A stretch of 38,550 nucleotides of DNA from a virus (taxonomy: Duplodnaviria > Caudoviricetes): the IMG/VR virus record IMGVR_UViG_3300020045_005743, positions 1-38,550 of that record, one strand, 5' to 3'. The stretch's first letter is position 1. Each line of letters begins with the position of its first letter. The notes beneath the pieces are model-generated. The model was not told where the DNA came from, did not search any database, and saw nothing but the letters and a program-made list of their open reading frames with translations. This document shows, in pieces, positions 1 through 9,473 of this stretch. The translations under genes and the position numbers were made by a program.

Positions 1-1
1 G

Positions 2-1363
2 GAAGAGCGTCAGCAACTCACGGACAGCCAGCGCGCGGCGCTTCTCGCAAACCTTCCTGCCCCGGCTGGTCCTGCCGCTGCGCCCGCTATGCCGGACGCC
101 TCCGCGCTTGCTGCTGCTTTGTCGCCGCCTCCGGTCACGAACACGCAAGAGCCGCAGGCCGCTCCGATTGCGCCTGCTGCTATGGTTGAAGGCGCTCCGC
201 TGCCGCCTCAAGGCGCTATGCCTCCGGCTCCCGCTCCGATGGCCGCGCCGCAAGCGGCTCCCATGCCTGCCCCGGCTCAACCAGCGGCACAGAACCCGCT
301 TGGCCCGACGCCGCAAGAAATTGCGCTTATCCGGCAGGCTGCGGAGAGCGGCGATCCCGGCCAACTGGCATGGGCGCAACAGACGTGGGGCGAAATCCAG
401 ATGCGGATGGCTACCCCGCCTGAAATCAACGTTGAGGTTGGTCCTGACGGAACGGCCTATAACCGCAACGACCCGGCGAGCCTTAACCGTCGTTTCCGCA
501 ACGTTGAAAATATCAACGGCTTCCTGACCGATACGAACGACCCCAACAACGTTGGTCGCTACCTTCCGGACCTTCAGCCGGGCGAAGAGCCTGTTTACAA
601 TCAGGCGGGCGATATCGTCGGCGTTCGCAATCTGGCGGGCGCTATCGAGGCGCTAGGCGCTCGGGAACGGGCGACGGCGGACGCCTCTAACGCCAGCCGT
701 GCGAGTTACGCCGGTGTCACGGCGGGCGCTGAAGCTGCGGCCCGCGCTCCCTATCAGTTCGTCAACGTGCAAAGCCCGACCGGCGCTCCGACCACAATGT
801 CGGCTGCTTCGGCAGCGGGTGGCGTGTTCCAAGGCCCGACGCCAGCGGACGCGATTCGCGCGGAAGGAACGGCCCGTAACGAAGTGGCGGCTACGGAGAC
901 GGCGCGGGTCCGGTCTAGCGCCGCTAACCGCCTGCTGCCTGAACTTCAGCAAATGGAACGCCTTCTGCCTGACGTGATTGCAGGCTTTGGCGCTGACGTG
1001 CGCCTTAACGCTGATCGTGCTTTGGCGGCGTTGGGGAATGAGGATGCAACGCGCCGGGTTACGGCAACGCAGACATTCCAGAACCTTGCCCGTCAGACTG
1101 TGGCCAGCATCCTTCCTCTATTTGGTGCAAACCCGACCGAAGGCGAGCGCCGGTACGCGGAACAAATGTCGGGCGCTGACGTGAGCTATACGCCTGAATC
1201 CCTGCAAGAAGGCATCCGCCTTGCCCGTGAGCGCGCCGCCCGTGAACGCGCCGCCTACGAAGGGATGCAGGGCGGTGGCGCTGCTGCCAGACCGCGCGCG
1301 ACTAATCCTCAGACTGGTGCGGTAGTCGAGTTTGACGGCCAAGCGTGGGTGCCGGTGCGATGA
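2..1363 (+). CDS. Putative ejection/internal virion (DNA transfer) protein, 5'-truncated
   Basis: Frame is open from position 2 (EERQQLTDSQ...). Ala/Pro/Gln-rich and helical, with a C-terminal ATNPQTGAVVEFDGQAWVP motif typical of podophage ejection proteins; lies upstream of the tail fibre. Confidence 0.65.
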   Translation, partial: EERQQLTDSQRAALLANLPAPAGPAAAPAMPDASALAAALSPPPVTNTQEPQAAPIAPAAMVEGAPLPPQGAMPPAPAPMAAPQAAPMPAPAQPAAQNPLGPTPQEIALIRQAAESGDPGQLAWAQQTWGEIQMRMATPPEINVEVGPDGTAYNRNDPASLNRRFRNVENINGFLTDTNDPNNVGRYLPDLQPGEEPVYNQAGDIVGVRNLAGAIEALGARERATADASNASRASYAGVTAGAEAAARAPYQFVNVQSPTGAPTTMSAASAAGGVFQGPTPADAIRAEGTARNEVAATETARVRSSAANRLLPELQQMERLLPDVIAGFGADVRLNADRALAALGNEDATRRVTATQTFQNLARQTVASILPLFGANPTEGERRYAEQMSGADVSYTPESLQEGIRLARERAARERAAYEGMQGGGAAARPRATNPQTGAVVEFDGQAWVPVR

Positions 1364-3822
1364 TGCAGGTTCCCCCGCCTCCTCCGGGTTTTCAAATGAT
1401 GGATGGTGGGAATGTTCCTCCCCCGCCTCCGGGGTTTGTCATGGGCGGTCAGCAAGCCGCTCCCGCGCGCCGCCCTCAGCGTCCCGCACAGCCGCGTCCG
1501 CAAGGTATGCCGCAAGCGGCTCCCCAAACGGTCGGTGACAGCGGACTGACGCAGGACGAAATCTATTCCGCTCAACGGGCGCAAGGGTTCACTGACGAAG
1601 AAATTGCAGCCAACATCGAAGAGATGTTCGGAGCGTCAATGGGCGGACCCGTTATAGCTCCCGCCTCGGACACGTTTGCGCCCCCTCCCCCGGCAGGCGG
1701 CTTTGATCTGCCAGAAGGTGTGGTCGATTGGAACAACCTGTCTGACGAAGAGCGGACGGCTCTAGGCGCTGGCGCTCGCGTTCTCATGCCTCAGAACGAA
1801 GGCGAGACGTTCCGGCAGATCGTGACTCTTCGCGGAACGCCCTACTATTCCGAAGGCCGCGACACGGACCAGATGTTCGGCGGTATTCGTGCGCGCGAAG
1901 AGAACGCCTTTGATAAGGTCGGAGCGTTTGTTTCCGGCGCTGGCGAGCAAATCCCGTTGGTGGATGAGGCCGCTACGCTTGCGGGCGCTTTGGCTAAAGG
2001 CCAATCGTTCTCAGATGCTCGCGGTGACTATCGCGATATGCAAACGGCCCTTAACGAGCAAGAGGGCGGCTTGCGTGATGCGGGCGGGATTGCTGGCTTT
2101 GCGGGCGCTATGGTGCTTCCGGCAGGCGGCGGGTTCATCGGGCGCGGAGTCGATAGCGCCGACAAGATTCGACGGGCTGCACTTGCAAGCGGCCTGATCG
2201 GCTCGGTTTATGGCGCGACAGGATCGGAGGGGAACCTTCAAGAACGTGCACAATCCGGCCTGCAAGCGGGCGCGCTTTCGGCAGCGACCGGAGGCATCCT
2301 TCAGGGTGGTCTTAACCGCCTGTCGCGACCGACTGCGGAAACGGCTCAGCGCCGCCTTTCTCGTCAAGGGCAAGACTTGACACTAGGGCAGATGCTTGGT
2401 GGCGGATGGCAGCGCACGGAAGATGCGCTTACGTCGCTTCCTTTCGCTGGCGATGTTATCAGGGGTCGTCAGCGCGACACGCTTTCGTCGTTTGATACGC
2501 TCGCGACGAATACCGCGATTAGCCCGCTTGGAGAGGCGCTTGCGAGCAGCGCAGGCCGTCAAGGCGTTCGCGATGCGGATGAAGTTATCAGCGGCGCTTA
2601 CAACCGTGCGCTTGATCCGATAACGGTCAACGCAAGCGACGAAGGGCTAATGACGGCTCTTGCCGAAGCGCGCTCGCCGGAGCGACTGACGGGCGATGTA
2701 GCCGCGTCGCTTAACTCCACGCTGGACAACATCTTTAGCCAAGCGACCGGCGAGATTCCGTCTATGGCCGCGACAAGAACGATTGGTGAGATTGAAGACG
2801 CGGCAAAGGCGGCGGGGGTGGGCTTGTCAGTCCAAGAGGGGCGTAACGGAATTACGTTAAGCAGAATTGTGGTGCCTCAGTCTCAGCGCGGCGAGGGTGT
2901 TGGGACTTCGATTATGGAGCAGCTTGCGGAATACGCGGACCAATCAGGGCAGCGGCTTCTTTTGACGCCAGATGGGTCGTTTGGCGGAAGTGTGCCTCGG
3001 CTTCGACGGTTTTATTCTCGGTTTGGGTTTACCCCCAATACAGGCCGTTCGCGCGATTTGTCTGTGAGCGAGACCATGATTAGAGAGCCTGCCTCCGCAG
3101 GCACGGGAAGCGCAGCCGCAAATTCCTCCCTCATCGACGGGCAGACGTGGAAGCGGATTGACTCTCAGCTTGCGGCGGCGGCGCGGTCGGCGGATGCCGG
3201 TTCTGCTACCCGTCCTGAAATGACCGCCTTGCGTGACCGTCTGCAACAAGCGCGCGCCGCGTGGCGTGACAATCTTGGGCGGACAAATCCCGGCGCGCTT
3301 GAACAAGTCGATGCTGCCGATTTGGCAGAGGCTCAATATCGTCTGGTGCGTCGCGCATCGTCTGACGTGGCGTCGGCTGGTCGCGGTGGCGATGCGTCTC
3401 CGGCCACCCTCAATCGGGCGGTAGTTGGTGCGGCTGGTGATCGGCGTGTGTCCAGAGGCGAAAGCCTTATGCAAGACCTGACCGACGACGCCATGCAGGT
3501 TCTTCCTCGCACGGTTCCCGATAGCGGGACGCCCTTCCGCTCGCTCATTACAGGCGCGGGGCTAGGTGGTGGCGGTGTTGCTCTAGGTGTTGACCCGATT
3601 GCGCTGACGCTTGCCGGGCTGCTTACGGGCGGCGTTTCTGCGGCTTACTCAAAACCCGCTCAGCAGCTTGCGAACCGGCTTTATCGTGCGGCTGACACGG
3701 GCGGGACCACGCGAGAGTTGGGCGGCTTGGCCGAGGCGCTTCGGCGCGCTCCGGTTGGGGTGTCGCTGGCGTTGCCCGACGCTCAGAACTCCACACAAGC
3801 ACGGCGGCGAGTATCACAATGA
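1360..3822 (+). CDS. Large ejection/DNA transfer protein with an internal GNAT acetyltransferase domain
   Basis: ATGA overlap with the previous gene; PPPPPGF repeats at the N-terminus; Gly/Ala-rich hydrophobic segments; GNAT motif A (VVPQSQRGEGVGT) and LRRFYSRFGF at about 2760-3100. Confidence 0.7.
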   Translation: MMQVPPPPPGFQMMDGGNVPPPPPGFVMGGQQAAPARRPQRPAQPRPQGMPQAAPQTVGDSGLTQDEIYSAQRAQGFTDEEIAANIEEMFGASMGGPVIAPASDTFAPPPPAGGFDLPEGVVDWNNLSDEERTALGAGARVLMPQNEGETFRQIVTLRGTPYYSEGRDTDQMFGGIRAREENAFDKVGAFVSGAGEQIPLVDEAATLAGALAKGQSFSDARGDYRDMQTALNEQEGGLRDAGGIAGFAGAMVLPAGGGFIGRGVDSADKIRRAALASGLIGSVYGATGSEGNLQERAQSGLQAGALSAATGGILQGGLNRLSRPTAETAQRRLSRQGQDLTLGQMLGGGWQRTEDALTSLPFAGDVIRGRQRDTLSSFDTLATNTAISPLGEALASSAGRQGVRDADEVISGAYNRALDPITVNASDEGLMTALAEARSPERLTGDVAASLNSTLDNIFSQATGEIPSMAATRTIGEIEDAAKAAGVGLSVQEGRNGITLSRIVVPQSQRGEGVGTSIMEQLAEYADQSGQRLLLTPDGSFGGSVPRLRRFYSRFGFTPNTGRSRDLSVSETMIREPASAGTGSAAANSSLIDGQTWKRIDSQLAAAARSADAGSATRPEMTALRDRLQQARAAWRDNLGRTNPGALEQVDAADLAEAQYRLVRRASSDVASAGRGGDASPATLNRAVVGAAGDRRVSRGESLMQDLTDDAMQVLPRTVPDSGTPFRSLITGAGLGGGGVALGVDPIALTLAGLLTGGVSAAYSKPAQQLANRLYRAADTGGTTRELGGLAEALRRAPVGVSLALPDAQNSTQARRRVSQ

Positions 3823-3889
3823 TCGTCTGTCCAAACTCGCCAGCAAACGGCATTGCAAATACAGCGACCAAGATTGCCAGCTTTTCCAT
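3623..3889 (-). CDS. Putative small antisense membrane protein
   Basis: 88-aa ORF with two hydrophobic N-terminal stretches; TG-TAAGAT -10-like box 6 nt before the ATG. Confidence 0.4.
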   Translation of the reverse strand: MEKLAILVAVFAMPFAGEFGQTIIVILAAVLVWSSERRATPATPQPERAEAPRPSRPTLAWSRPCQPHDKAGSQAAERVLSKPQKRRP

Positions 3890-3918
3890 GACCGCATCTT
3901 ACACCAAAGGGGGCCGAT

Positions 3919-4974
3919 TTGCCTAGAAACGGGTCAGGGAGCTATTCGCCCCCCTCAAACACATGGAACCCGGCAACGGCTGACACGCCGATTCTGTCGG
4001 ATGACTGGAACACGACGCAGGCCGACTATGCGACGGCCCTGACGCAATCGCTTGCGTCAGACGGCCAGACCACGGCATCGGCCATGATTCCGTTTGCTCA
4101 AGGCATCGGGGTTTCCAACGGCCTGCTAACCGCTCCGGCTATCTCGGTGATTGGTGACGCTGACACGGGGGTTTATTTTCCCGCCGCTAACCAAATGGCG
4201 CTTGTCGCTGGTGGCGTAGCCATCATGACGGCAACCTCTACCACGGTCACCTTCCCGGTTGGCGTGGTGTTCTCCGGTTCGCCCTCGATCACCGGAAGCC
4301 TGACCCTGACCGGAAACCTGACGGTCAACGGCAGCATTAGCCTTGGGGACACGTCGGGCGACACGCTGACGGTTGCGGCTACGGGCACGTTCTCGGCTCC
4401 GCAGACGTTCAACGGTACGGTGACGGTTCCGGATGCGTCTTTCTCGAATGCCAAACTTGCCAACATGGCCACGGCGCGGATCAAGGGCCGCGTTACGGCT
4501 GGAACGGGCGCGGTTGAAGACCTGACCGGAACACAAGCCACGACGCTGCTTGATGCGGTTGTTGGCGCTACGCAGTCGGTTGCGGGAACGAAGGGTGTTG
4601 TCCCTGCTGCGGCGGCTGGCGACCAATACAAGGTGCTGACTGGCGCGGGGACGTTCCAAGCGGGCTATGGCCGGTCGTTCGGTTGCGTCATCACCACAAC
4701 CAACGTCAATGGCTCGCAGCCTACCTTCACCAACGGCGTAAATGTGGCCAGCATCTCGACCCTGACTGTCGCGGGCGCGCTTTCATCCTGCACAATCACT
4801 TTCACCAATGCGCTTCCGAACGCGACCTACGCCATTCATGCCACGACAAACGGAAGCCCCGGCGCGGATACGGCGGATACGTCATACGGGACGAAAACGA
4901 CGACGACATTCATTCTTTATTGGGGCAACGCAGCCGGAAACCCCACTGAAATCAGCGTCTCTGGATTCGCATAA
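3919..4974 (+). CDS. Tail fibre protein
   Basis: N-terminus MPRNGSGSYSPP...DWN...ALTQSLASDGQT resembles podophage fibre anchors; Thr/Gly/Ser-rich beta repeats; TTG start after AAAGGGGG. Confidence 0.75.
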   Translation: MPRNGSGSYSPPSNTWNPATADTPILSDDWNTTQADYATALTQSLASDGQTTASAMIPFAQGIGVSNGLLTAPAISVIGDADTGVYFPAANQMALVAGGVAIMTATSTTVTFPVGVVFSGSPSITGSLTLTGNLTVNGSISLGDTSGDTLTVAATGTFSAPQTFNGTVTVPDASFSNAKLANMATARIKGRVTAGTGAVEDLTGTQATTLLDAVVGATQSVAGTKGVVPAAAAGDQYKVLTGAGTFQAGYGRSFGCVITTTNVNGSQPTFTNGVNVASISTLTVAGALSSCTITFTNALPNATYAIHATTNGSPGADTADTSYGTKTTTTFILYWGNAAGNPTEISVSGFA

Positions 4975-6989
4975 TGGCCCTCATTCCTCGCAAGACATAT
5001 CCTGAGCTTACTGCCCTATCCGCCCCCGTTCAGGACGCGGATGTTCTGGCGGTTTATCGCTCTCCCGGTCCTCTCAAGCGGACGACTGCGGCAACGCTTC
5101 AGTCCTATATGCAAACCGGCGTAGCCCTATCCGCTACTCTGGCGGCTTCTGGCGGCTCGGCGCTTATCGGCTTCATTCAGTCGGGGACGGGCGCGGCGGC
5201 AGAAACCGTGCAAACGGCCCTTCGCCGCACGGTCTATTCGGATCAATACGCCACCCCGCAGCAAGCCATCACGGCGGCAGGTTCGGGCGGTACGGTCATC
5301 TTCAAGCCGGGTGGCACCACAACGCTGACGGCTCCGCTTCTCCTGACGGGTCTGAATAACGTCCGTCTGGTTGGTTACGGCCACGCCATGCGATGCGGAG
5401 CAACACGCATAGATGGCTATATCGACTGCTCAGGTTCTACAAACGTCGTTATCGAAGGGTTTAACTTCGATGGGCGTATGTCGGCAATGCCCGTCTATAC
5501 GCAAGTCGATTGGAACGCGGGAAACTACACTTATAACACTCCGATTGTGGCCAACGGTGCTACGGGGGCATGGTCCTACATCACCGTTCGTGACTGCACG
5601 ATGGTCGATCTTTACACGAACTTTATGCTCGTTGTTCAGGGTACTGGCGTTCGCGTTGAAAACTGTGTCATCAATATTCCGGCTTGTACGCAGACATACC
5701 TTGGAACTCCCGCTTGCCAGCAATACAGCGGCGTCTATCTGACAACCGTTGGGGGCATCGTTTCAATCACCGAATGCTCTTTCATCGGAGCCGTGATTAC
5801 CAACCCGGCGCTTGGTTTCAATGCGGTGTATGCCTCGGGCCTGACGGGACAGCTTTACATCGCTGATAACCGGACGGACTATTGCGGGCGCGACAACACC
5901 GGCACTCATCGCCTTGGCGTGTTTGATTGCTATGGTGACGTTCAGAACCCGACGATTGAGAACAACGTCAGCACCAACATAATGGCACAGTATTGCCGCT
6001 TGTCGTCGGTCGCGCACGGCAAGATTTTGCACAACACGATCCTTTACAACACCAACTGCGAGTTTGGTTACAACGGCATCTCGGTCGAAAGCGGAGTTGC
6101 CTTCCCGGCCCAATACGGCTGTCAGGATATTTTGATTGAGGGCAACAGCATTGATGACCCGTCAAAACGCCATGACAGCACAATCGCGCTTCTGGCTTAT
6201 GATTGGGGAACGCCGCTAACCAGCGTTCGGATTATCAACAACTATATCAAGGAATGCGCTCGCGGCGTCGTTCTGGCAGGCCCGTTCTATGACGTGGTCA
6301 TTGACAGCAACGAGATACTGGAAAGCACGACATTCGTGTTTGTCGATAACGTTCCCGGCGGTCACACGATGACCTCCGTAGTCGGGACAGAAGCAAATGC
6401 GACATATGATAGGCTGGTTATCCGCCAAAACATTTGCCGCGATCTGTCAACGAGCGCGAACGGAATTGATTTCAGCCTCGGCAACTTCACCACGGCGCTA
6501 GTCGGATCGTTCGTAGTCGAGAACAACGACCTTCAATCGACGGGTGGCGCAGGCTTCGGAATGGTCCTGCTTGGCTACTCAACGGCCACGACGAACAACG
6601 AAATCATTGTGCGTGATAACCGCATCCGTGGGTTTGGGTATTATTTCTACTATCGGGACGGCGGGCGCTACATCATCGAGCGCAACAACTGTGCGGGCGC
6701 GGCGACTGCCGACTCACTAGACGGCGGCGGCTATATCAGCATCGGAACGACGGGTAACCGCTTCTCGTCGGCTGGCATCTTGCGGGGAACCGCTACGCTG
6801 GTAGCTGGCACGGTGACAGTCTCCAATACGGAAATCAGGACGGGTGATACCGTGATGCTGACCCGCAAGGCGATTGGCGGGACGGTTGGTCAAGTCTCGC
6901 TTGGCACAATCACTAATGCTACATCGTTCGTCATCAACTCCGACAATGCCGCTGACACTTCATCGGTGTTCTGGCAAATCGTCCACTAA
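4974..6989 (+). CDS. Tailspike / right-handed beta-helix (pectate-lyase-like) depolymerase
   Basis: LAASGGSALIGFIQSGTGA linker; many parallel beta-helix repeats (VRIINNYI, ILIEGNSI, VVIDSNEI); C-terminal GTATLVAGTVTV beta-domain. Confidence 0.8.
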   Translation: MALIPRKTYPELTALSAPVQDADVLAVYRSPGPLKRTTAATLQSYMQTGVALSATLAASGGSALIGFIQSGTGAAAETVQTALRRTVYSDQYATPQQAITAAGSGGTVIFKPGGTTTLTAPLLLTGLNNVRLVGYGHAMRCGATRIDGYIDCSGSTNVVIEGFNFDGRMSAMPVYTQVDWNAGNYTYNTPIVANGATGAWSYITVRDCTMVDLYTNFMLVVQGTGVRVENCVINIPACTQTYLGTPACQQYSGVYLTTVGGIVSITECSFIGAVITNPALGFNAVYASGLTGQLYIADNRTDYCGRDNTGTHRLGVFDCYGDVQNPTIENNVSTNIMAQYCRLSSVAHGKILHNTILYNTNCEFGYNGISVESGVAFPAQYGCQDILIEGNSIDDPSKRHDSTIALLAYDWGTPLTSVRIINNYIKECARGVVLAGPFYDVVIDSNEILESTTFVFVDNVPGGHTMTSVVGTEANATYDRLVIRQNICRDLSTSANGIDFSLGNFTTALVGSFVVENNDLQSTGGAGFGMVLLGYSTATTNNEIIVRDNRIRGFGYYFYYRDGGRYIIERNNCAGAATADSLDGGGYISIGTTGNRFSSAGILRGTATLVAGTVTVSNTEIRTGDTVMLTRKAIGGTVGQVSLGTITNATSFVINSDNAADTSSVFWQIVH

Positions 6990-7004
6990 CCGGGAGACGC
7001 GACA

Positions 7005-7247
7005 ATGACCGCTCAAGAGCATATCGACGCCATCGGCGCTGCGATTACGGAACTAGAGGACGCGGCCAAGGAAGCCAAGCAGGCGGCTCGCCGTACTGTT
7101 TTGGCGACCAAAGCCTTGCATGATGCGTTAGGCAAGGCAGAAGCCGCTTACATTGCCAGCGTGGCGAATGACGGTAATGTGGTGGCGTTCTCGGGCGGAA
7201 ATGACAAGCCGCCTGTCGATGACCCGGATGGACCGATCAAGCCGTGA
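7005..7247 (+). CDS. Hypothetical helical protein with SGG-NDKPP Pro/Asp-rich tail
   Basis: RBS GGGAG; 80 aa; coupled to the next gene. Confidence 0.7.
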   Translation: MTAQEHIDAIGAAITELEDAAKEAKQAARRTVLATKALHDALGKAEAAYIASVANDGNVVAFSGGNDKPPVDDPDGPIKP

Positions 7248-7738
7248 GCCTCATGATAGCTTATACAGTCGCAACGGCCTTTGTGTTTCTCGCCTGCTTT
7301 CTGGCCTATCGGTCGAAGCCTGAGAAATACGCGGACTTGATGGGCGTAAGTGCCCTGTTGTCGATGGTGTTCGTCATCGGGAACCTGATCGTTACGATGT
7401 ATCATTTCCCGCAGGCCATTCTAGCCTCGCCTGTTCTGGATGCGTTTCTAGCAGCGATGATCTATCGGGCTTGGCAGAAGAGCCGCGAGGGCTGGAAGGT
7501 CGTCATGGTTGGTGCACTTGTGGCACAACTTATGCTACATGCTGTGGCGATTTCCATGTGGAAGTTGGGGGCGCTGACGCAGCACGGTCTTTATCTCTAT
7601 GTCGTGGCGGTCAATGCGTTTTTCATTGTTCAGCTTCTGGCCCTTGGGTGTGTCGGGGTGGGTCATGGTCTGGATCGTGTTCGCACTTATCTGTCTGATC
7701 GCCGGGGTTCGCGTCTTGTGTCGGATGCTCACCAATGA
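7244..7738 (+). CDS. Hypothetical multi-pass (about 5 TM) membrane protein
   Basis: Hydrophobic segments throughout; GTGA overlap. Confidence 0.75.
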   Translation: MSLMIAYTVATAFVFLACFLAYRSKPEKYADLMGVSALLSMVFVIGNLIVTMYHFPQAILASPVLDAFLAAMIYRAWQKSREGWKVVMVGALVAQLMLHAVAISMWKLGALTQHGLYLYVVAVNAFFIVQLLALGCVGVGHGLDRVRTYLSDRRGSRLVSDAHQ

Positions 7739-7923
7739 GCGAGCCGACCTTGGCCGTGGTGGCGGATCGAAACGAGCGGCTAACAAAAAGAGTCGATGAC
7801 CTCGAAAAGCAGATGGATGCGGTGATGGCCTTGCAGCGTTGGCAGATGGGCGCGGCAGTCGGGTTCGGCGTGGTGCTGACGTTGTTGCTCCCGAAAATCT
7901 CTAACGTGTTGGGGCTGACTTAG
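7735..7923 (+). CDS. Small coiled-coil + 1 TM protein (XhlA-like holin/antiholin candidate)
   Basis: Coiled coil followed by a C-terminal TM; position upstream of the endolysin. Confidence 0.55.
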   Translation: MSEPTLAVVADRNERLTKRVDDLEKQMDAVMALQRWQMGAAVGFGVVLTLLLPKISNVLGLT

Positions 7924-8238
7924 GTGGTCGAGGTAACAGACACCCCGCCTAATCCGCGTGAAGTTCCGCCGGTTCACACGTCAGAGCGCATCAAGAGCTT
8001 CATCGGGGACCTTGCTAGGCCCTTCGCTATCATCTCGACTTCCTTCGCCGCGTCGTGGGCCACGATTGCCATTTCCCACAAGGTCGAGAACGGAAACGAT
8101 GGGGCTATCTTCGCAGGGGCCTATTTTCTAGGCGTGGGGACGCTCTATCTCGGCAAGGCGGTGGAGGCTATCAATAACGCCCGCGCCCGTCGTGACGTTG
8201 ACGTGGCCAATGTGAACGCAGGAAACACTACGCCATGA
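7924..8238 (+). CDS. Putative holin (2 TM)
   Basis: Two TM segments (LARPFAII..., GAIFAGAYFLG...) directly before the endolysin. Confidence 0.6.
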   Translation: MVEVTDTPPNPREVPPVHTSERIKSFIGDLARPFAIISTSFAASWATIAISHKVENGNDGAIFAGAYFLGVGTLYLGKAVEAINNARARRDVDVANVNAGNTTP

Positions 8239-8804
8239 CCCTGACGAATCCAGCCGCGTTCTTTGCCGAAGTCCGCTTGGACTATGGCCCGCTCAATGCT
8301 CCGCAGGTCGAGGGCTTCAACGCGCTTCTAAAGGCAATGGAGGGCTGGCCGGTATCGTGGGTTGCCTACGGGCTGGCGACCGCTTGGCACGAGACAGCGG
8401 CGACCATGCAGCCAATCAAGGAGTTTGGAGGCCCTAAGTACTTCCACAAGATGTACGATCCGAAAGGCCAGAATCCAAAACTGGCGGCGAGACTAGGCAA
8501 TCGTCTGGCGGGTGACGGTGCGAAGTACGCCGGGAGAGGCTACGTCCAACTCACAGGCCGCGCCAACTATGCCAAGTACGGGATTGCAGACACTCCGGAT
8601 GATGCAATGAAGCCAGACGTGGCCGCGCGCATCCTTGTCGATGGGATGAGCAAGGGCGTCTTCACCGGGAAGAAGCTGGCTGACTATCTGCCGGGCGACT
8701 ACGCGAACGCCAGACGTATCATCAACGGTGTTGATCGGGCCGCACACGTTGCTAATCTGGCCGTTGGGTTTGAGGCCGCTCTGACAGCAGGAGGGTGGTC
8801 CTAA
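8235..8804 (+). CDS. Endolysin, glycoside hydrolase family 19
   Basis: AYGLATAWHET, YAGRGYVQLTGRANY and ARRIING motifs. Confidence 0.9.
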   Translation: MTLTNPAAFFAEVRLDYGPLNAPQVEGFNALLKAMEGWPVSWVAYGLATAWHETAATMQPIKEFGGPKYFHKMYDPKGQNPKLAARLGNRLAGDGAKYAGRGYVQLTGRANYAKYGIADTPDDAMKPDVAARILVDGMSKGVFTGKKLADYLPGDYANARRIINGVDRAAHVANLAVGFEAALTAGGWS

Positions 8805-9166
8805 TGTTCGGACTCAACAAAACCGCAACCCGCATCGTCCAGATTGGCGCTATCGTCGTGGCGCTATGCTTCTTGCTGGCCATCCTGACCATGTGTTCTT
8901 CCCGCAGGGAAGCCGCTACAGCCCGTGCGGAGGGTAAGGTGGCGTCTGGCCAAGCAAATGCTGGCAACGCCGCTGTAGGGGCTATTGACGGGCAAATGAA
9001 GGCGCAATCCGACCTAGAGGCCCAAGAGCGCATCAATCAAGGGAACATTCTCAATGCACCGGACGCTAAAACTGACGCGGGCGAGACTGGCAATGCTGGC
9101 CGTGCCGCTCTTTGCGCTAACGACGGGTTGCGCAGGCAGTATCCCGCCTATTGTCGCGTCGATTGA
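8804..9166 (+). CDS. Inner-membrane spanin (Rz-like)
   Basis: N-terminal TM and periplasmic helix with C-terminal Cys; follows the endolysin. Confidence 0.7.
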   Translation: MFGLNKTATRIVQIGAIVVALCFLLAILTMCSSRREAATARAEGKVASGQANAGNAAVGAIDGQMKAQSDLEAQERINQGNILNAPDAKTDAGETGNAGRAALCANDGLRRQYPAYCRVD

Positions 9167-9383
9167 TTGCTCGGCCTTCATCCCGCCAAGCTATCGCGAG
9201 CCTGTCCGTAACGCGGAGCCTCCGCAGGACAACACTACGGGTTCGTGGATAGCTTTTGCGTCTGGACAGACAACCAATCTAGCGATTGCCAATGACCGGA
9301 CAGTGGCGCTGATAAACATTTCGACAGCCTGCCAAGCGGAACAAGCCAAGCTAACCCGCAAGCGGTTTTTGGGATTATTTTGA
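9054..9383 (+). CDS. Outer-membrane lipoprotein spanin (Rz1-like)
   Basis: Signal peptide with lipobox-like LTTG-C; Pro-rich; overlaps the i-spanin in another frame. Confidence 0.7.
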   Translation: MHRTLKLTRARLAMLAVPLFALTTGCAGSIPPIVASIDCSAFIPPSYREPVRNAEPPQDNTTGSWIAFASGQTTNLAIANDRTVALINISTACQAEQAKLTRKRFLGLF

Positions 9384-9473
9384 ACGCCTGTCGTGCATCC
9401 AGAGATACAGCTGACACGCTACCAGCACAGCCCCAAAGAACCCCATAAGCCAAAGGAAGTCAGAGTCAGTCAA
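9375..9473 (-). CDS. Small 32-aa membrane peptide (not in ORF track)
   Basis: TTG start overlapping the upstream stop; MTDSDFLWLMGFFGAVLVACQLYLWMHDRRSK. Confidence 0.45.
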   Translation of the reverse strand: MTDSDFLWLMGFFGAVLVACQLYLWMHDRRSK

